From IMG/VR virus record IMGVR_UViG_3300033067_000817: a DNA stretch of 64,000 nucleotides; one strand, written 5' to 3'. The translations under genes and the position numbers were made by a program. The notes under the pieces were generated by a model. The model did not search any database. It was not told where the DNA came from and saw only the letters and a list, made by a program, of their open reading frames with translations. Numbering within the stretch: position 1 is the stretch's first letter; every line of letters starts with the position of its first letter. The DNA is from a virus. Below are positions 18,053-27,581 of this stretch, piece by piece.

Positions 18053-19237
18053 ATGAAAGTCTACGCCGTCATTGGAGCTAATTTCGGGGACGAAGGGAAA
18101 GGGAAGATGGTTGACTACTTATGTAGCAAACATCCCAACGCACTCGTTATTAGATTCAATGGCGGCGCTCAAGCTGGGCATACTGTAAAGCTTAAAGACG
18201 GTAAGCGCCATGTCTTTCATCATTTTGGTAGCGGTACACTAAGAGGCCATGCAAGTCACTTTGCAGGACCTTGCATAGTAAATCCTTTAGTATTCCAAAA
18301 GGAATACAAAGAATTAGAACAAAAAGGAATTAATCCCAAGCTAACAGTAAGCTTCACATGTGAAGTGACATGTCCATACGATATGATATTCAATGTTGAA
18401 TTAAATAGAGCTAATGGACATGGTAGCTGTGGATTAGGTATTAGAGAATCCGTCATTAGAAGAAATATGGCTGTTGCTAATGACTCACCTAGTACCTTGC
18501 TATTTGGTCACTTAGCTAACAATGCTGAAATTGATAAATTCTTAAATTATTATAGAGGGATATATTTATATGAACGCCTAGAGCAAACTGGACTTAAGCC
18601 AAGTGACTCATTCTGGCATAAAATACATTCAACAACTATTGCAGATCAGTTTAAAGAAGCATGCAAGTTTATAGTAGATCATACTTATATTCGTGAACCA
18701 ACATCACTGATTAGAAATCACTTTCTAATGCATACTGATCCAGAGGTGATAATATACGAAGGTGCTCAAGGACTTCTACTAGATCAAAGAAATAAAGAGT
18801 TCTTTCCTCATTTAACTCCTAGTAACACAGGAATTAGAAATGTCCTTGATGACACGAGCTGGTATCATTTTGATGATGCAGAGTTCATATATACATCAAG
18901 AGCCTATACAACAAGACATGGCAATGGTCCATTCCCTTGGTATGTAGAAGGCTTATTATATCCTGATGATACCAATGTGCACAATGAACATCAAGGAACT
19001 ATGCGTTTTGGTACTCTAGACACAAATGCATTGTTTGAGCAAATTAATAAAGACGTTAGCAACGAAGTACTTCTTGACATTCCAGGCAAGAATATTAAGC
19101 CTTCAATAGTCACAGCAATCACATGTATGGATCAAGTCGACTTGGAGACAAAGGAAAGAATCCTTTCGGCTCGTGGGCTTGAGACTAAGTACATCTCGTA
19201 TGGGCCAACCGCAGAAGAAACAGTAGAAATCAAATGA
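18053..19237 (+). CDS. purA: adenylosuccinate synthetase homolog (PurA family; PurZ-type not excluded)
   Basis: GDEGKGK P-loop, GGAQAGHT, and HFGSGTL matching the HLIPSG block. Overall collinear with PurA. Confidence 0.8.
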   Translation: MKVYAVIGANFGDEGKGKMVDYLCSKHPNALVIRFNGGAQAGHTVKLKDGKRHVFHHFGSGTLRGHASHFAGPCIVNPLVFQKEYKELEQKGINPKLTVSFTCEVTCPYDMIFNVELNRANGHGSCGLGIRESVIRRNMAVANDSPSTLLFGHLANNAEIDKFLNYYRGIYLYERLEQTGLKPSDSFWHKIHSTTIADQFKEACKFIVDHTYIREPTSLIRNHFLMHTDPEVIIYEGAQGLLLDQRNKEFFPHLTPSNTGIRNVLDDTSWYHFDDAEFIYTSRAYTTRHGNGPFPWYVEGLLYPDDTNVHNEHQGTMRFGTLDTNALFEQINKDVSNEVLLDIPGKNIKPSIVTAITCMDQVDLETKERILSARGLETKYISYGPTAEETVEIK

Positions 19238-20379
19238 CATCAACACAACTTCAGATAGTAAGTAAAGTAGACTATGGAAATATCTTCATGGTCCAGGCCC
19301 TAGAAAAGATTTCGGGTCATAATATTCGTTCAATAAGTGTTGTTAGCAAAGCAAAACTCTTTGCTTGGCTCAGAAAGAAAAAACAAGAATATCAGGCTCT
19401 AGACTTTAGAGCTATTGGTGCTGGTCTACGATATATCTTCAGAGATTACACTATTGTCTATAATGAGATGGACAATGTTGATAACATAGATGACATACAG
19501 GATTTGCTTGAAGGTAACTATGACGATCCTGACGAAAACTGCCAGAGTGATAAATCCAATACTAGGATTTCTATATACTCTGCATCTGTGCATAACTTAG
19601 CTGAGATAACTAAAGAAATCAGAGAAGCGGCACCCGTCAATCCTGCTATCAATACTGTTAGAATATCTCAGTATGCATTAGTAGGAGGAAGAATTGATTC
19701 CAAGACCATATCTTGGGAAATCTCCGATAGACGCACTGTTGTTCATGAACTCTATCCTGAAATAGATATCGAAAAACTGTGCAAAGCATTCATGAAGTCT
19801 AACGACTCGATACTTATCCTATCGGGAGAACCCGGGACTGGCAAGACCACTTTCGTCAAGTATCTTGTCAATCAGTGGCATAAGGACAATCTGGGCAACA
19901 GCTTTATCTATGCAAACAACCTAGATGTCATCAACAAGAGTGAGTTTTGGACCACGATTAGTGGTGAAAATGACTCGCTCTTGATCCTCGATGACATCAG
20001 CTATGACATGATGAGACCACTAGGAGAAGACAAGACGAATATATTCGTCAATAGCCTTCTAGCGTATTGTGATGGTGTAGTGGATGAGAACGCTAAAGTC
20101 ATCATCACAACCAACCAAACAACTGAGAATATCGACCCTGCTTTGCTCAGAGCAGGTAGAGCATTCGATGCTATCCATTTGACATACCTCAATGGAGAAG
20201 AAGCTAGGGCTATTTGGAGAGACATCTTCAACAGAACTGATGAGCTTCCTGCTCAAGCTTATCAGCCCAATGGCGATGTCAAACAATGCGACTTGATGTC
20301 GATACTGGCTCAGAAGATCAACCCGGCTGTGGACAAGACAAGCTACAGAAAGAAACGTACTCTCGTTTCTGTTAGCTAA
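19234..20379 (+). CDS. AAA+/P-loop ATPase
   Basis: Walker A ILSGEPGTGKTTFVKYL and Walker B LLILDDIS. Confidence 0.6.
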   Translation: MTSTQLQIVSKVDYGNIFMVQALEKISGHNIRSISVVSKAKLFAWLRKKKQEYQALDFRAIGAGLRYIFRDYTIVYNEMDNVDNIDDIQDLLEGNYDDPDENCQSDKSNTRISIYSASVHNLAEITKEIREAAPVNPAINTVRISQYALVGGRIDSKTISWEISDRRTVVHELYPEIDIEKLCKAFMKSNDSILILSGEPGTGKTTFVKYLVNQWHKDNLGNSFIYANNLDVINKSEFWTTISGENDSLLILDDISYDMMRPLGEDKTNIFVNSLLAYCDGVVDENAKVIITTNQTTENIDPALLRAGRAFDAIHLTYLNGEEARAIWRDIFNRTDELPAQAYQPNGDVKQCDLMSILAQKINPAVDKTSYRKKRTLVSVS

Positions 20380-20633
20380 CGCATAGGGACAGGATGACAA
20401 TGGGGGCTTATGCTTTCCGGGGGGAAGTGCATATAGCTGTAGTTGTCCTGTCCCTTCTCTCATTGTAGATTGACTCAGTGAGTTATTCTTTCAGAGAAAG
20501 GAGTGTTATCCTTATACGTTGATAACTAACTGAATTACTTTGATACAGATATAAGAGTACCTGCTCAAACCAGGAAGCCATTGTATGTGTAAAAACGTAC
20601 AATGGTTTAACCATTGGAGGTTTAAAGGTAACC

Positions 20634-21041
20634 ATGAAAACAAGTCTTAAAGCTCATTTTGCAACCATCTGGGAAGAAGTCAAAGACATCTTCAAGAACA
20701 TGTTCAGCAACTTCAAGCGAGCATGGAAGATGTGGAGAAATGGCTCTACCACTGAACAGGTAGTAGACCTGGCATTCGCTGGTCTAATTGCTTGGTTCTT
20801 CCCAAACATCGCTGTTGGTATTGCAGCAGCGAACTTCGTTGATGAATCCAACACTGTGTGGTTGGTCATCACTGGTGTGCTATCCTTTGCACTACTAGAA
20901 CTGATCGCAGTAAGCTTCATGGAAATCATCGTCATCTTGGCGATGATTCAATTGGCTTACCGTAGTCGAGAGTATGTGAGGAAGTACAATGCGCGTATCA
21001 ACGGCCTCAAAGCTGAAATGCGCACTGCTAGCGCTACTTGA
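20634..21041 (+). CDS. putative membrane protein
   Basis: Hydrophobic helices (LIAWFFPNIAVGIAAANFV, VWLVITGVLSFALLELIAVSFMEIIVILAMI). Confidence 0.3.
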   Translation: MKTSLKAHFATIWEEVKDIFKNMFSNFKRAWKMWRNGSTTEQVVDLAFAGLIAWFFPNIAVGIAAANFVDESNTVWLVITGVLSFALLELIAVSFMEIIVILAMIQLAYRSREYVRKYNARINGLKAEMRTASAT

Positions 21042-22587
21042 TACCTTAGCTAGTACAGAGTTTCAATGTTTTGTCATAGGTAAAGTTCATAAGCAAGCAA
21101 TTAAATGCGTAACTAGAACTATACCAGAGATAGATCATGATAGCTTTGTGTTAGTTAGAGCTACCAAGAAGAAAGCCAAGCCTGCTCAGCCTGTCTATGA
21201 ACAGTCTAGAGCCCAATCAATGCCACCAGAGTGGCAGGGACACCAGACTACTGAACGAATCATAGTCTACCACGAGGCCTATAAGGCCGGTCCCCACGTA
21301 GAGGCTTACATTGTACTCAACGGTATAGCCTACAACATTGGTGTCAAGCGGCTACGTCCAGAGCATATTCAGAACATCAAGAAACACAAAGATGGGACTC
21401 TAACAAATGGGACCAAAGACTATCTGGTGGGCGTTCTTAGGGACGAATTCCGTGGTGGAGCTTGGCTCGGACAAACTACCGATCATACTCCCGAAGAAGC
21501 AAAAACCGAGTGGACTGCCCATCTATACAATAGTGGTTACGGAAGTGGAGAATCTAGACACGTCCTCGACACAAGGACTGTGGATGTCTTCAAGAGCGGT
21601 AACACAATTGAATGGCGGGATTCCCTGCTCAATCCACACCAGACCGCTTACGTTTTCAGGCTCATGTCCCCCACTGAAAGGCGACCTAAGCCAATCCTTA
21701 AACTAGGCTTCAAAGAGCATCAAGACATTGAAGTCAAGGATAGGCTGCATCTTAAGCCTCACATCGGAACTCACGAATTCAGTAGGTTCCGAAAGCTAGT
21801 AGGCGAAGATGGCATCGTTACAGTTAAACATGACGGGGCTTCTGCATACTTTGAGATCAATCAGAAAGGCATGAGCTTCTGGTCTCCAAGAGTATCAAAA
21901 GAAACCGGCCGTAGGATTAACTATAACGCTAAAGTCAAAGATCTCATTCATCATACCTCTGATAAGAGAATCACTGGTATGGGTGAGCTTGAGTACTATG
22001 ACAGAAGAAACAATCGTCTACTCAAAGCACATGAAGTAGGCGGTATCCTCAATAGCAATGGCCCAATGCCAAGCTACATTGAGCCTCAGTTCATCATTTA
22101 CAGGATCGACAAGGTAGACCGAAAGGATATTCATGCAGTTGACTATCGGCAAAATCTTGATCATATCAGGGATACTGTTTATAGTATACAGGATCCTCGG
22201 ATACAAGCCCCGATTCTCGTTGACTGGCATGATGCTGAAGAAGTTGCAAAGAGCAGGGAGGGCCTAGTAGGTGTCCCTAGCGGTCTATCTATTCTCGATG
22301 GCCGAAAGTATAAGCCCAGAGTGGATTTATACGATTGGACTGTTGAGACTATCGGACTCGAAGACGGCCCAAAGGGTGGCATCTCGGGGGTTGTATGGTT
22401 CACAAATGAACAGGGTGACCGATATAAGATCGGTGCATCTTCAATGGGGTCCAGAGATGAAGTAAAACACATCATGGATCATCCAGAGCAATACATAGGT
22501 AAGGTAGCCAAAGTAAGTTCATATTCAGGTCACGAAGGTAGAGCAGCAAAATTCGAACAGTGGCATCTAGACAAAGGAGTCAATTGA
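20989..22587 (+). CDS. nucleotidyltransferase-superfamily ligase-like protein (possible RNA ligase)
   Basis: Candidate motif I VTVKHDGAS, motif III GMGELEYY, motif IV SREGLVGV and motif V DGRKYKPR with ligase-like spacing. Start uncertain because of overlap with the upstream ORF. Confidence 0.4.
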   Translation: MRVSTASKLKCALLALLDTLASTEFQCFVIGKVHKQAIKCVTRTIPEIDHDSFVLVRATKKKAKPAQPVYEQSRAQSMPPEWQGHQTTERIIVYHEAYKAGPHVEAYIVLNGIAYNIGVKRLRPEHIQNIKKHKDGTLTNGTKDYLVGVLRDEFRGGAWLGQTTDHTPEEAKTEWTAHLYNSGYGSGESRHVLDTRTVDVFKSGNTIEWRDSLLNPHQTAYVFRLMSPTERRPKPILKLGFKEHQDIEVKDRLHLKPHIGTHEFSRFRKLVGEDGIVTVKHDGASAYFEINQKGMSFWSPRVSKETGRRINYNAKVKDLIHHTSDKRITGMGELEYYDRRNNRLLKAHEVGGILNSNGPMPSYIEPQFIIYRIDKVDRKDIHAVDYRQNLDHIRDTVYSIQDPRIQAPILVDWHDAEEVAKSREGLVGVPSGLSILDGRKYKPRVDLYDWTVETIGLEDGPKGGISGVVWFTNEQGDRYKIGASSMGSRDEVKHIMDHPEQYIGKVAKVSSYSGHEGRAAKFEQWHLDKGVN

Positions 22588-22760
22588 TATGTTTTTAATC
22601 GCAGTGTTGATTTGCTTTGGCCTTCCCACTTTGGTCATGATCATAGCTGATAGCAGAAAAGGAAAACCATGATTCCAATATGGTTATAATACCTAGCTGT
22701 TATATCATCAATTGTAATAGCAATTATAGGTATTATTTACTTGATGAAAAGTGATTAAAG

Positions 22761-22798
22761 GTAGCAAGACAATCATTGTTTTGTTACCTTTTTTTTTA
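22761..22798 (+). terminator. intrinsic terminator
   Basis: GTAGCAA-loop-TTGTTAC followed by a 9-T run. Confidence 0.55.
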
Positions 22799-22803
22799 TT
22801 CAA

Positions 22804-22822
22804 TTTTTACTCACCACGTAGA
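22804..22822 (+). repeat. 19-nt intergenic motif TTTTTACTCACCACGTAGA, copy 2
   Basis: Identical to 11247-11265. Directly after the terminator. Confidence 0.6.
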
Positions 22823-23325
22823 TGTGCGGCTTTAACGTTCAAAGGTTATCTAATAAGCTAACTGATGAGCGTTTTTTTATAGCATACAGGTTACCCTAGG
22901 TGGTCTAAGCCCTCACGGGCTTGTTGTTTTTCCTTTTGTTTTTGTTGGTGTCAACTATGTGTGACAAAACTAACCAAGAAGCATTCATGACAGGTATAGC
23001 CTTAGGACTAATCTTACTAATACTAAAATACCTGTTCTTTTGATTTGTCCTTTTTTTTGAGATATGTCTAAAAAACTCACAAAAACCGATTCTGTCGATA
23101 TATTCGATATTGGTGATAAGAACGTCCTATTTGTCGAAAGTGATTATGGCAATTACGTTGCTATACAGCGTACTGGCTGGACACTTGAACTATATGACGG
23201 GAGTCTAAATGACTATCTCAACGAACACGAGATATCACGAAAGCCCCGCCGTTTGGGGTTGCGTGATGTCGGTACATACTTTGGCACAACTGTAAAAATC
23301 GTAGAACAAAAGACGAGCAAGTCCA

Positions 23326-23943
23326 ATGACTGATACTGAACTAATCAAAAGTCTAGTCCCTGTCATACCTTCACCTAAGATGAAGATTGATGCCAAGGTT
23401 AGCAGAACTGACATTGTTAACATAGTTCATGGTAAGCTCGTTGCAAAAGCTGAAGTTGCAAGAGAATTAGCACACAAAGAGTACAAAGAATATACCGAGA
23501 AAATTGAAGAAGAAATACCCAAAATTCTTCAAAAGGTATTCAAAAGATCTGTTTTAGCTTTAAAAGCCTTAGGTCTCAAAGGTGAAGCTATATATAATAA
23601 CAACAGTGACTATGAAGGTGGTATATCGATGACCTTCAACGCTCACGTAGCAAAAAAAGGCGAAACAAGAAGAGCTGCACACATATCTCTATCTAGACAA
23701 GAGGTTATTAGCCTAGCTCCCGAGTTAGGTGAGATGTATAAAGCTCAAGAAAAGCTGTATAGAGCTACTGTTAAAGCAGACGAAATCTTTAGCAAGACTA
23801 TGCACAATAAGAGCAACATCAACGTGGCGCTCGCAGAATCTATACTCAATAGCTCTGACCAAGGCAAGCAAATGCTTGAACAGCTCGATCAAATCTGTGA
23901 TCAGTTTGACGATAAGCTGAACAACAGACAACTCAAACAATGA
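23326..23943 (+). CDS. hypothetical protein
   Basis: 205-aa ORF, Lys/Glu-rich, helical-looking. Overlaps neighbouring genes by 4-8 nt. Confidence 0.35.
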   Translation: MTDTELIKSLVPVIPSPKMKIDAKVSRTDIVNIVHGKLVAKAEVARELAHKEYKEYTEKIEEEIPKILQKVFKRSVLALKALGLKGEAIYNNNSDYEGGISMTFNAHVAKKGETRRAAHISLSRQEVISLAPELGEMYKAQEKLYRATVKADEIFSKTMHNKSNINVALAESILNSSDQGKQMLEQLDQICDQFDDKLNNRQLKQ

Positions 23944-24494
23944 ACATTTGGTTTACTGCAGACTTGCACTTAGGTCATACTAACATATTGAAGCATCAGC
24001 CCAATAGGGCGTTTGCTTCTATAGAAGAGCATGACCAGCATATAGTAGACCATTGGAATAGCCACGTAGACGATCGAGATCAAGTTTACTTCTTAGGTGA
24101 CTTAACTATGAAGCCTAATGGCGATGATGCAAAGACCTTGCTTGATCGTCTCAAAGGTAACATATATGTCATCAGAGGTAATCATGATTACGCTCTTAGA
24201 GAAGCTTTTGACAATAACCTACTGTCTTCAAGAATACAAGACCTAGGTTACTATCATAAGCTTAGACACAATAAGAAGAAGATTATATTGTGTCACTTTC
24301 CATTCTGGTCATGGGATGGAATGAGAATAAGACCAGAGCGGCCAGAAAATGAGCCTAAGAAAGATGGCTCTTGGCATCTACATGGTCACAGTCATGGCAA
24401 GTCACCTACGATCTTTGACAGATTAGATGTAGGCTGGGACTGTCATAACAAGATACTGCATATAGACGACATTTGGAAAATTCTGGATCAGTAA
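23940..24494 (+). CDS. metallophosphoesterase
   Basis: MNIWFTADLHLGH, YFLGDLT and IRGNHDY motifs. Confidence 0.6.
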   Translation: MNIWFTADLHLGHTNILKHQPNRAFASIEEHDQHIVDHWNSHVDDRDQVYFLGDLTMKPNGDDAKTLLDRLKGNIYVIRGNHDYALREAFDNNLLSSRIQDLGYYHKLRHNKKKIILCHFPFWSWDGMRIRPERPENEPKKDGSWHLHGHSHGKSPTIFDRLDVGWDCHNKILHIDDIWKILDQ

Positions 24495-24550
24495 TGATCT
24501 TTTGTTGATTTTCCTTTCGTTTTTTGCTAATAATCTGTGTTGATTACATA

Positions 24551-24650
24551 TTCAATCCAGGACGTCGTGAGTTCGAGTCTCACCGAGAGCTTGCTCTTGT
24601 AACTCAGTTGGTAGAGTGCCCGGCCAAACCAAGTCAACACATTTGCACAA
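24551..24650 (+). ncRNA. permuted tRNA-like module Y-a (Y-RNA/YrlA-like candidate)
   Basis: GTGAG-ttcgagt-CTCAC T-arm, then acceptor-like hairpin CGAGAG-cttg-CTCTTG, then D-arm ACTC-agttggta-GAGT. The anticodon-stem position is left open. Bracketed by motif copies. Confidence 0.45.
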
Positions 24651-24851
24651 TTAATCTATACTGATTACATTTTTGACATAAAATAGCTGTCTCAAAAACA
24701 GCTTTAAAATCAGTATCTTTAACCCCTGGGTAGTATAACTCTTAATACCTCAGTTTGTGATTTCGCATTTCCCCCCACAGGAACAAGCAACCACAAATTG
24801 TGATGCTGGTGAAAATCCAGCCCTGGGGACCACCTCGCACAACAGAACAAA

Positions 24852-25073
24852 ATGTTTACTCTTAAAAAGAAACAACCGAAGTCTGTAGATAGTATTATTG
24901 CTCAATTTGCCACTGTGGTCAATGAGCTAGAACAAGCAAGCTTACATCATGATTCTCAATATGAAGCTATTGCTACTAGAATACAAGACCTAGAGCGTGC
25001 AAAGACTGGACATGAAGAAGAAGGCAAGCGTGCCAGATCTATCATGCAGAAAGTTAAAGCACTTATCAGCTAA
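24852..25073 (+). CDS. small hypothetical protein (73 aa)
   Basis: Helical, Lys/Glu-rich ORF embedded in the ncRNA array. Coding status uncertain. Confidence 0.3.
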   Translation: MFTLKKKQPKSVDSIIAQFATVVNELEQASLHHDSQYEAIATRIQDLERAKTGHEEEGKRARSIMQKVKALIS

Positions 25074-25160
25074 GGAAGATTAACCCTAATTGGTAAGGGC
25101 CTGGCCTAGAAAGTCAGCGGCTTCACGGCCTTGAGGGTTCGAGTCCTTCATCTTCCACCA
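25074..25160 (+). tRNA. class II tRNA (Ser/Leu-type long variable arm; anticodon read as AGA, uncertain)
   Basis: GGAAGAT/ATCTTCC acceptor, CCC-taattggtaa-GGG D-arm, CTGGC-ctagaaa-GTCAG anticodon arm, about 15-nt variable arm, GAGGG-ttcgagt-CCTTC T-arm, A-CCA. Confidence 0.5.
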
Positions 25161-25170
25161 ATCAGATCAT

Positions 25171-25247
25171 GCTACAATAGCTCAGCTAGATAGAGCGCTG
25201 GCTTGAAACACCAGAGGTCGGAGGTTTAATTCCTTCTTGTAGCACCA
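25171..25247 (+). tRNA. tRNA-Phe (anticodon GAA)
   Basis: GCTACAA/TTGTAGC acceptor, TA-GCTC-agctagata-GAGC D-arm, anticodon loop ttGAAac, GGAGG-tttaatt-CCTTC T-arm, A-CCA. Confidence 0.75.
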
Positions 25248-25272
25248 AAGCATTAATCTGTATTGATTACAT

Positions 25273-25440
25273 TATCACTTGGAGATCGTGATGTAGGTTC
25301 GATTCCTACACTCTATTAATAGAGTTCGTCTAACGGTAGGACCCGTAAAAAATCAATACTCTTTTAGCACAATCCTGAAAGACCCGGTTCAGCCGTGGTT
25401 GCCACAAACGGTGAAAAAAGCTAGTGGCCAGGATCCAATT
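25273..25440 (+). ncRNA. permuted tRNA-like module Y-b (Y-RNA/YrlA-like candidate)
   Basis: ATCAC/GTGAT hairpin, GTAGG-ttcgatt-CCTAC T-arm, ACTCTA-ttaa-TAGAGT closed acceptor-like helix, GTC-taacggtag-GAC D-arm, then about 100 nt with further hairpins. Between motif copies 3 and 4. Confidence 0.45.
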
Positions 25441-25460
25441 TTAATCTACGTTGAATACAT

Positions 25461-25563
25461 TCACTATTAATGAAGAGAACCGGGTTCGATTCCCGGAGGA
25501 TCCACCATTTAGGGGTCCTTAGCTCAATGGTAGAGCGTAAAAACTTCAACGTTTTTCGTACAA
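25461..25563 (+). ncRNA. permuted tRNA-like module Y-c
   Basis: CCGGG-ttcgatt-CCCGG T-arm, AGGATCC-accatttag-GGGTCCT acceptor-like helix (loop contains ACCA), GCTC-aatggta-GAGC D-arm, AAAAAC-ttcaac-GTTTTT hairpin. Between motif copies 4 and 5. Confidence 0.4.
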
Positions 25564-25855
25564 TTAATCTATGTTGATTACATTTTTCTGCAAAAAAAGG
25601 CCCCGGGGTTCGACTCCCTGGTTTATCCGGTTGAGGCTCAAACAATCAACATTCTTTTGAACAATTAATCTGCATTGATTACATCCCTTATTTTTTTGGA
25701 AAATCCAATCAATGCTCTTAACGTACAAGTAATCTGTAAAGACTACATGGTTAAGTTGGTTCTAATCCAACACGGGTATTGCAAAATATCCGGTTAGGTG
25801 AAATTCCTAACGAAAGTCTTTACAATTCATCTTTAAATCTGTTTGGATACAAGTA

Positions 25856-27520
25856 ATGAGAAAACTAAACACTTCACGAGTCATAGGTCAAAAGGGCGAT
25901 CTTCAGTTTGACGGTTCAGGTAATCACACTATCGACCTAGTCGCAAATGGTGCTGACAAGCTAATCCAAAAGAACGACAAATCAGTTGTACTACGTTATA
26001 AGAAACTAGTACAAGACTCTTATCAACAAGACCCGGCTCTCACCCTGAAGATTGGTAGATACTTCAGAGATGATGAGAATGGTCAGAACCTAAAAGAGCA
26101 GCCGCTTCTGATGCTAGCTGTGCTTGACGGCCAGATCACTGATGAAGAAATTCAATCAGTTCTGACTGTTCATCCGCTAAGAACTCAAGATGGCGCTAGA
26201 CCTCTGGATGAAACACCTCTGCTTGAGCTTGTCAAGATATTGGCATGGCACAAGTATCTGAACAGCAAAGATTCAAAGCTTTCCCCCGATATGTTATCGG
26301 TATGGGCTAAGATCTTCAAGGTCAAAGCTGATGAAAACATTGACAACCTACTTGCTGAAGTCATCAAGCTAAAGAACACTCGTGTTCAGTATGACACAGA
26401 AAACAAGCTACAAGTTGGTATTGTTGATGTTATTGGTATTATTAGGAACCGTGCTGATTTTCCTAAGGCTGTCAAAGACGAATACGCGGGCTACCTTTAT
26501 CCTCTCAAGAGAGGTCAAAACTATAAAGCACGCCCTGTTAGCGAAGTAGCCAAGAAGTGGAACAAGTTCTTCAAGGGTGAACTATCTGAGAATGAAGTTC
26601 CCCAAGGTATTGACTTCCTTAAGGCTCTCAATAGCAAGAACAAGGCCGCTTGCCTTAAGCTCCTTCAAGAGGGTAAGATTAGCAATGCACAGCTTAAGAT
26701 TAACCTTAAGAACATTGTTGAGCTAGTTGGCGAAGATGAAGTTACCAAGCTAATCACCAAGCGCAACTGGAATCTATTCCCTCACGACATTCTTGCAATG
26801 GGTATGGCATTCTATCAAGGAACTGCTCATACTGGCAAGTCTGCCGCTAAAGCAAACATGGCAGAGATCATGTTTGGTAAGCTCCTAGCTGAGTACAAGA
26901 CCAAAGTGAAGAACTCGGTCCTGTTCTTTGCTGACGTTTCTGGTAGCATGTGCCAGCCCTTGTCGAAGAAGAGTACGATCAATCAAGACGACTTTGCCTT
27001 CTTCATGAGCTTCTTTGCTGCCAATGTTAGTGACCATAAGGTCCTAGCACAGTTTGGTTCTACTGCACACCTTATGGAGTGCTCTAAGAATCCGACGTTA
27101 AAAGAATTCATTGAGACACCCAGAGCAGGCGACTGCAGTACAAATATGTACGGGTGTGTCGTTGAAGTTGCAAACTACTTCAAGAAGGTTAAGAAGCAAG
27201 CCCCCAAGGTCTTAGCCTTCATAAGTGATATGCAATTTGATAGCTGCGCACGTCCTCACTATTCCAGCAATAAGTCTAATACGGTATCAGCAGCATTGCT
27301 CTACTATGAACAGACTACTGGTGTCAAACCACAATTGGTTTTCTGGAATGTCGCAGCATCAACCGTTCCTGCTACAGAGCAAGACGGCGTTCTTTTGTTA
27401 TCTGGCTTCAGTGCCAATACCGCAGACATCGTCTTCGGTATAATCAATACATCGACGGAAGAAAACCGCCAGATGTCTACTCAAGACCTCCTGAATAGTA
27501 TTAACAATACTTATCAGTAA
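25856..27520 (+). CDS. rsr: Ro60/TROVE-domain protein with C-terminal vWA (Rsr-like)
   Basis: EQPLLMLAVLDGQ parallels Ro60 QEPMLFALAICSQ. C-terminal blocks VLFFADVSGSM, AGDCSTNM, VLAFISDMQF, QLVFWNVAAS and LLLSGFSANTADIV are collinear with the Ro60 vWA/MIDAS region (LLAVDVSASM, AGGTDCSLPM, VFIVFTDNETF, LIVCGM, LDMCGFDTGALDVI). Confidence 0.75.
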   Translation: MRKLNTSRVIGQKGDLQFDGSGNHTIDLVANGADKLIQKNDKSVVLRYKKLVQDSYQQDPALTLKIGRYFRDDENGQNLKEQPLLMLAVLDGQITDEEIQSVLTVHPLRTQDGARPLDETPLLELVKILAWHKYLNSKDSKLSPDMLSVWAKIFKVKADENIDNLLAEVIKLKNTRVQYDTENKLQVGIVDVIGIIRNRADFPKAVKDEYAGYLYPLKRGQNYKARPVSEVAKKWNKFFKGELSENEVPQGIDFLKALNSKNKAACLKLLQEGKISNAQLKINLKNIVELVGEDEVTKLITKRNWNLFPHDILAMGMAFYQGTAHTGKSAAKANMAEIMFGKLLAEYKTKVKNSVLFFADVSGSMCQPLSKKSTINQDDFAFFMSFFAANVSDHKVLAQFGSTAHLMECSKNPTLKEFIETPRAGDCSTNMYGCVVEVANYFKKVKKQAPKVLAFISDMQFDSCARPHYSSNKSNTVSAALLYYEQTTGVKPQLVFWNVAASTVPATEQDGVLLLSGFSANTADIVFGIINTSTEENRQMSTQDLLNSINNTYQ

Positions 27521-27548
27521 TCTGAAGTAGAGCTCGTTTGCCCCTTAG

Positions 27549-27581
27549 GGAGTCAAGACCACAATCTTGACTCCTTTTTTT
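27549..27581 (+). terminator. intrinsic terminator after the Ro60 gene
   Basis: GGAGTCAAG-accacaat-CTTGACTCC followed by TTTTTTT. Confidence 0.65.

Larger units (their letters stand above)
24530..25684 (+). repeat. array of a conserved 20-nt motif TTAATCTNNNNTGATTACAT (at least 6 good copies, 2 degenerate)
   Basis: Copies at 24530-24549, 24651-24670, 25253-25272, 25441-25460 (degenerate TTGAATACAT), 25564-25583 and 25665-25684. Weaker copies at about 25728-25747 and 25833-25852. Each has TAATC/GATTA 5-bp hairpin potential with a variable 6-nt loop. Confidence 0.7.

Noticed and set aside
18053-19237. Calling the PurA homolog PurZ outright
   Set aside because: Pocket residues cannot be discriminated by eye, and no DatZ, MazZ or DpoZ-like genes were recognised in this window. 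Kept as PurA-family with PurZ only as a hypothesis.
24556-25345. Permuted modules as ordinary tRNAs on the minus strand
   Set aside because: T-loop (TTCGAKT) and D-loop (AGTTGGTA, TAACGGTAG) sequences read in the forward orientation on the + strand, so a minus-strand tRNA does not explain them. Tandem duplication was also considered, but no matching upstream 5' halves exist.
24530-25684. CRISPR array interpretation of the repeated 20-nt motif
   Set aside because: Spacing between copies is irregular (100-600 nt). The intervening segments are tRNAs and tRNA-like RNAs rather than uniform spacers. Repeats are imperfect and no cas genes are present.
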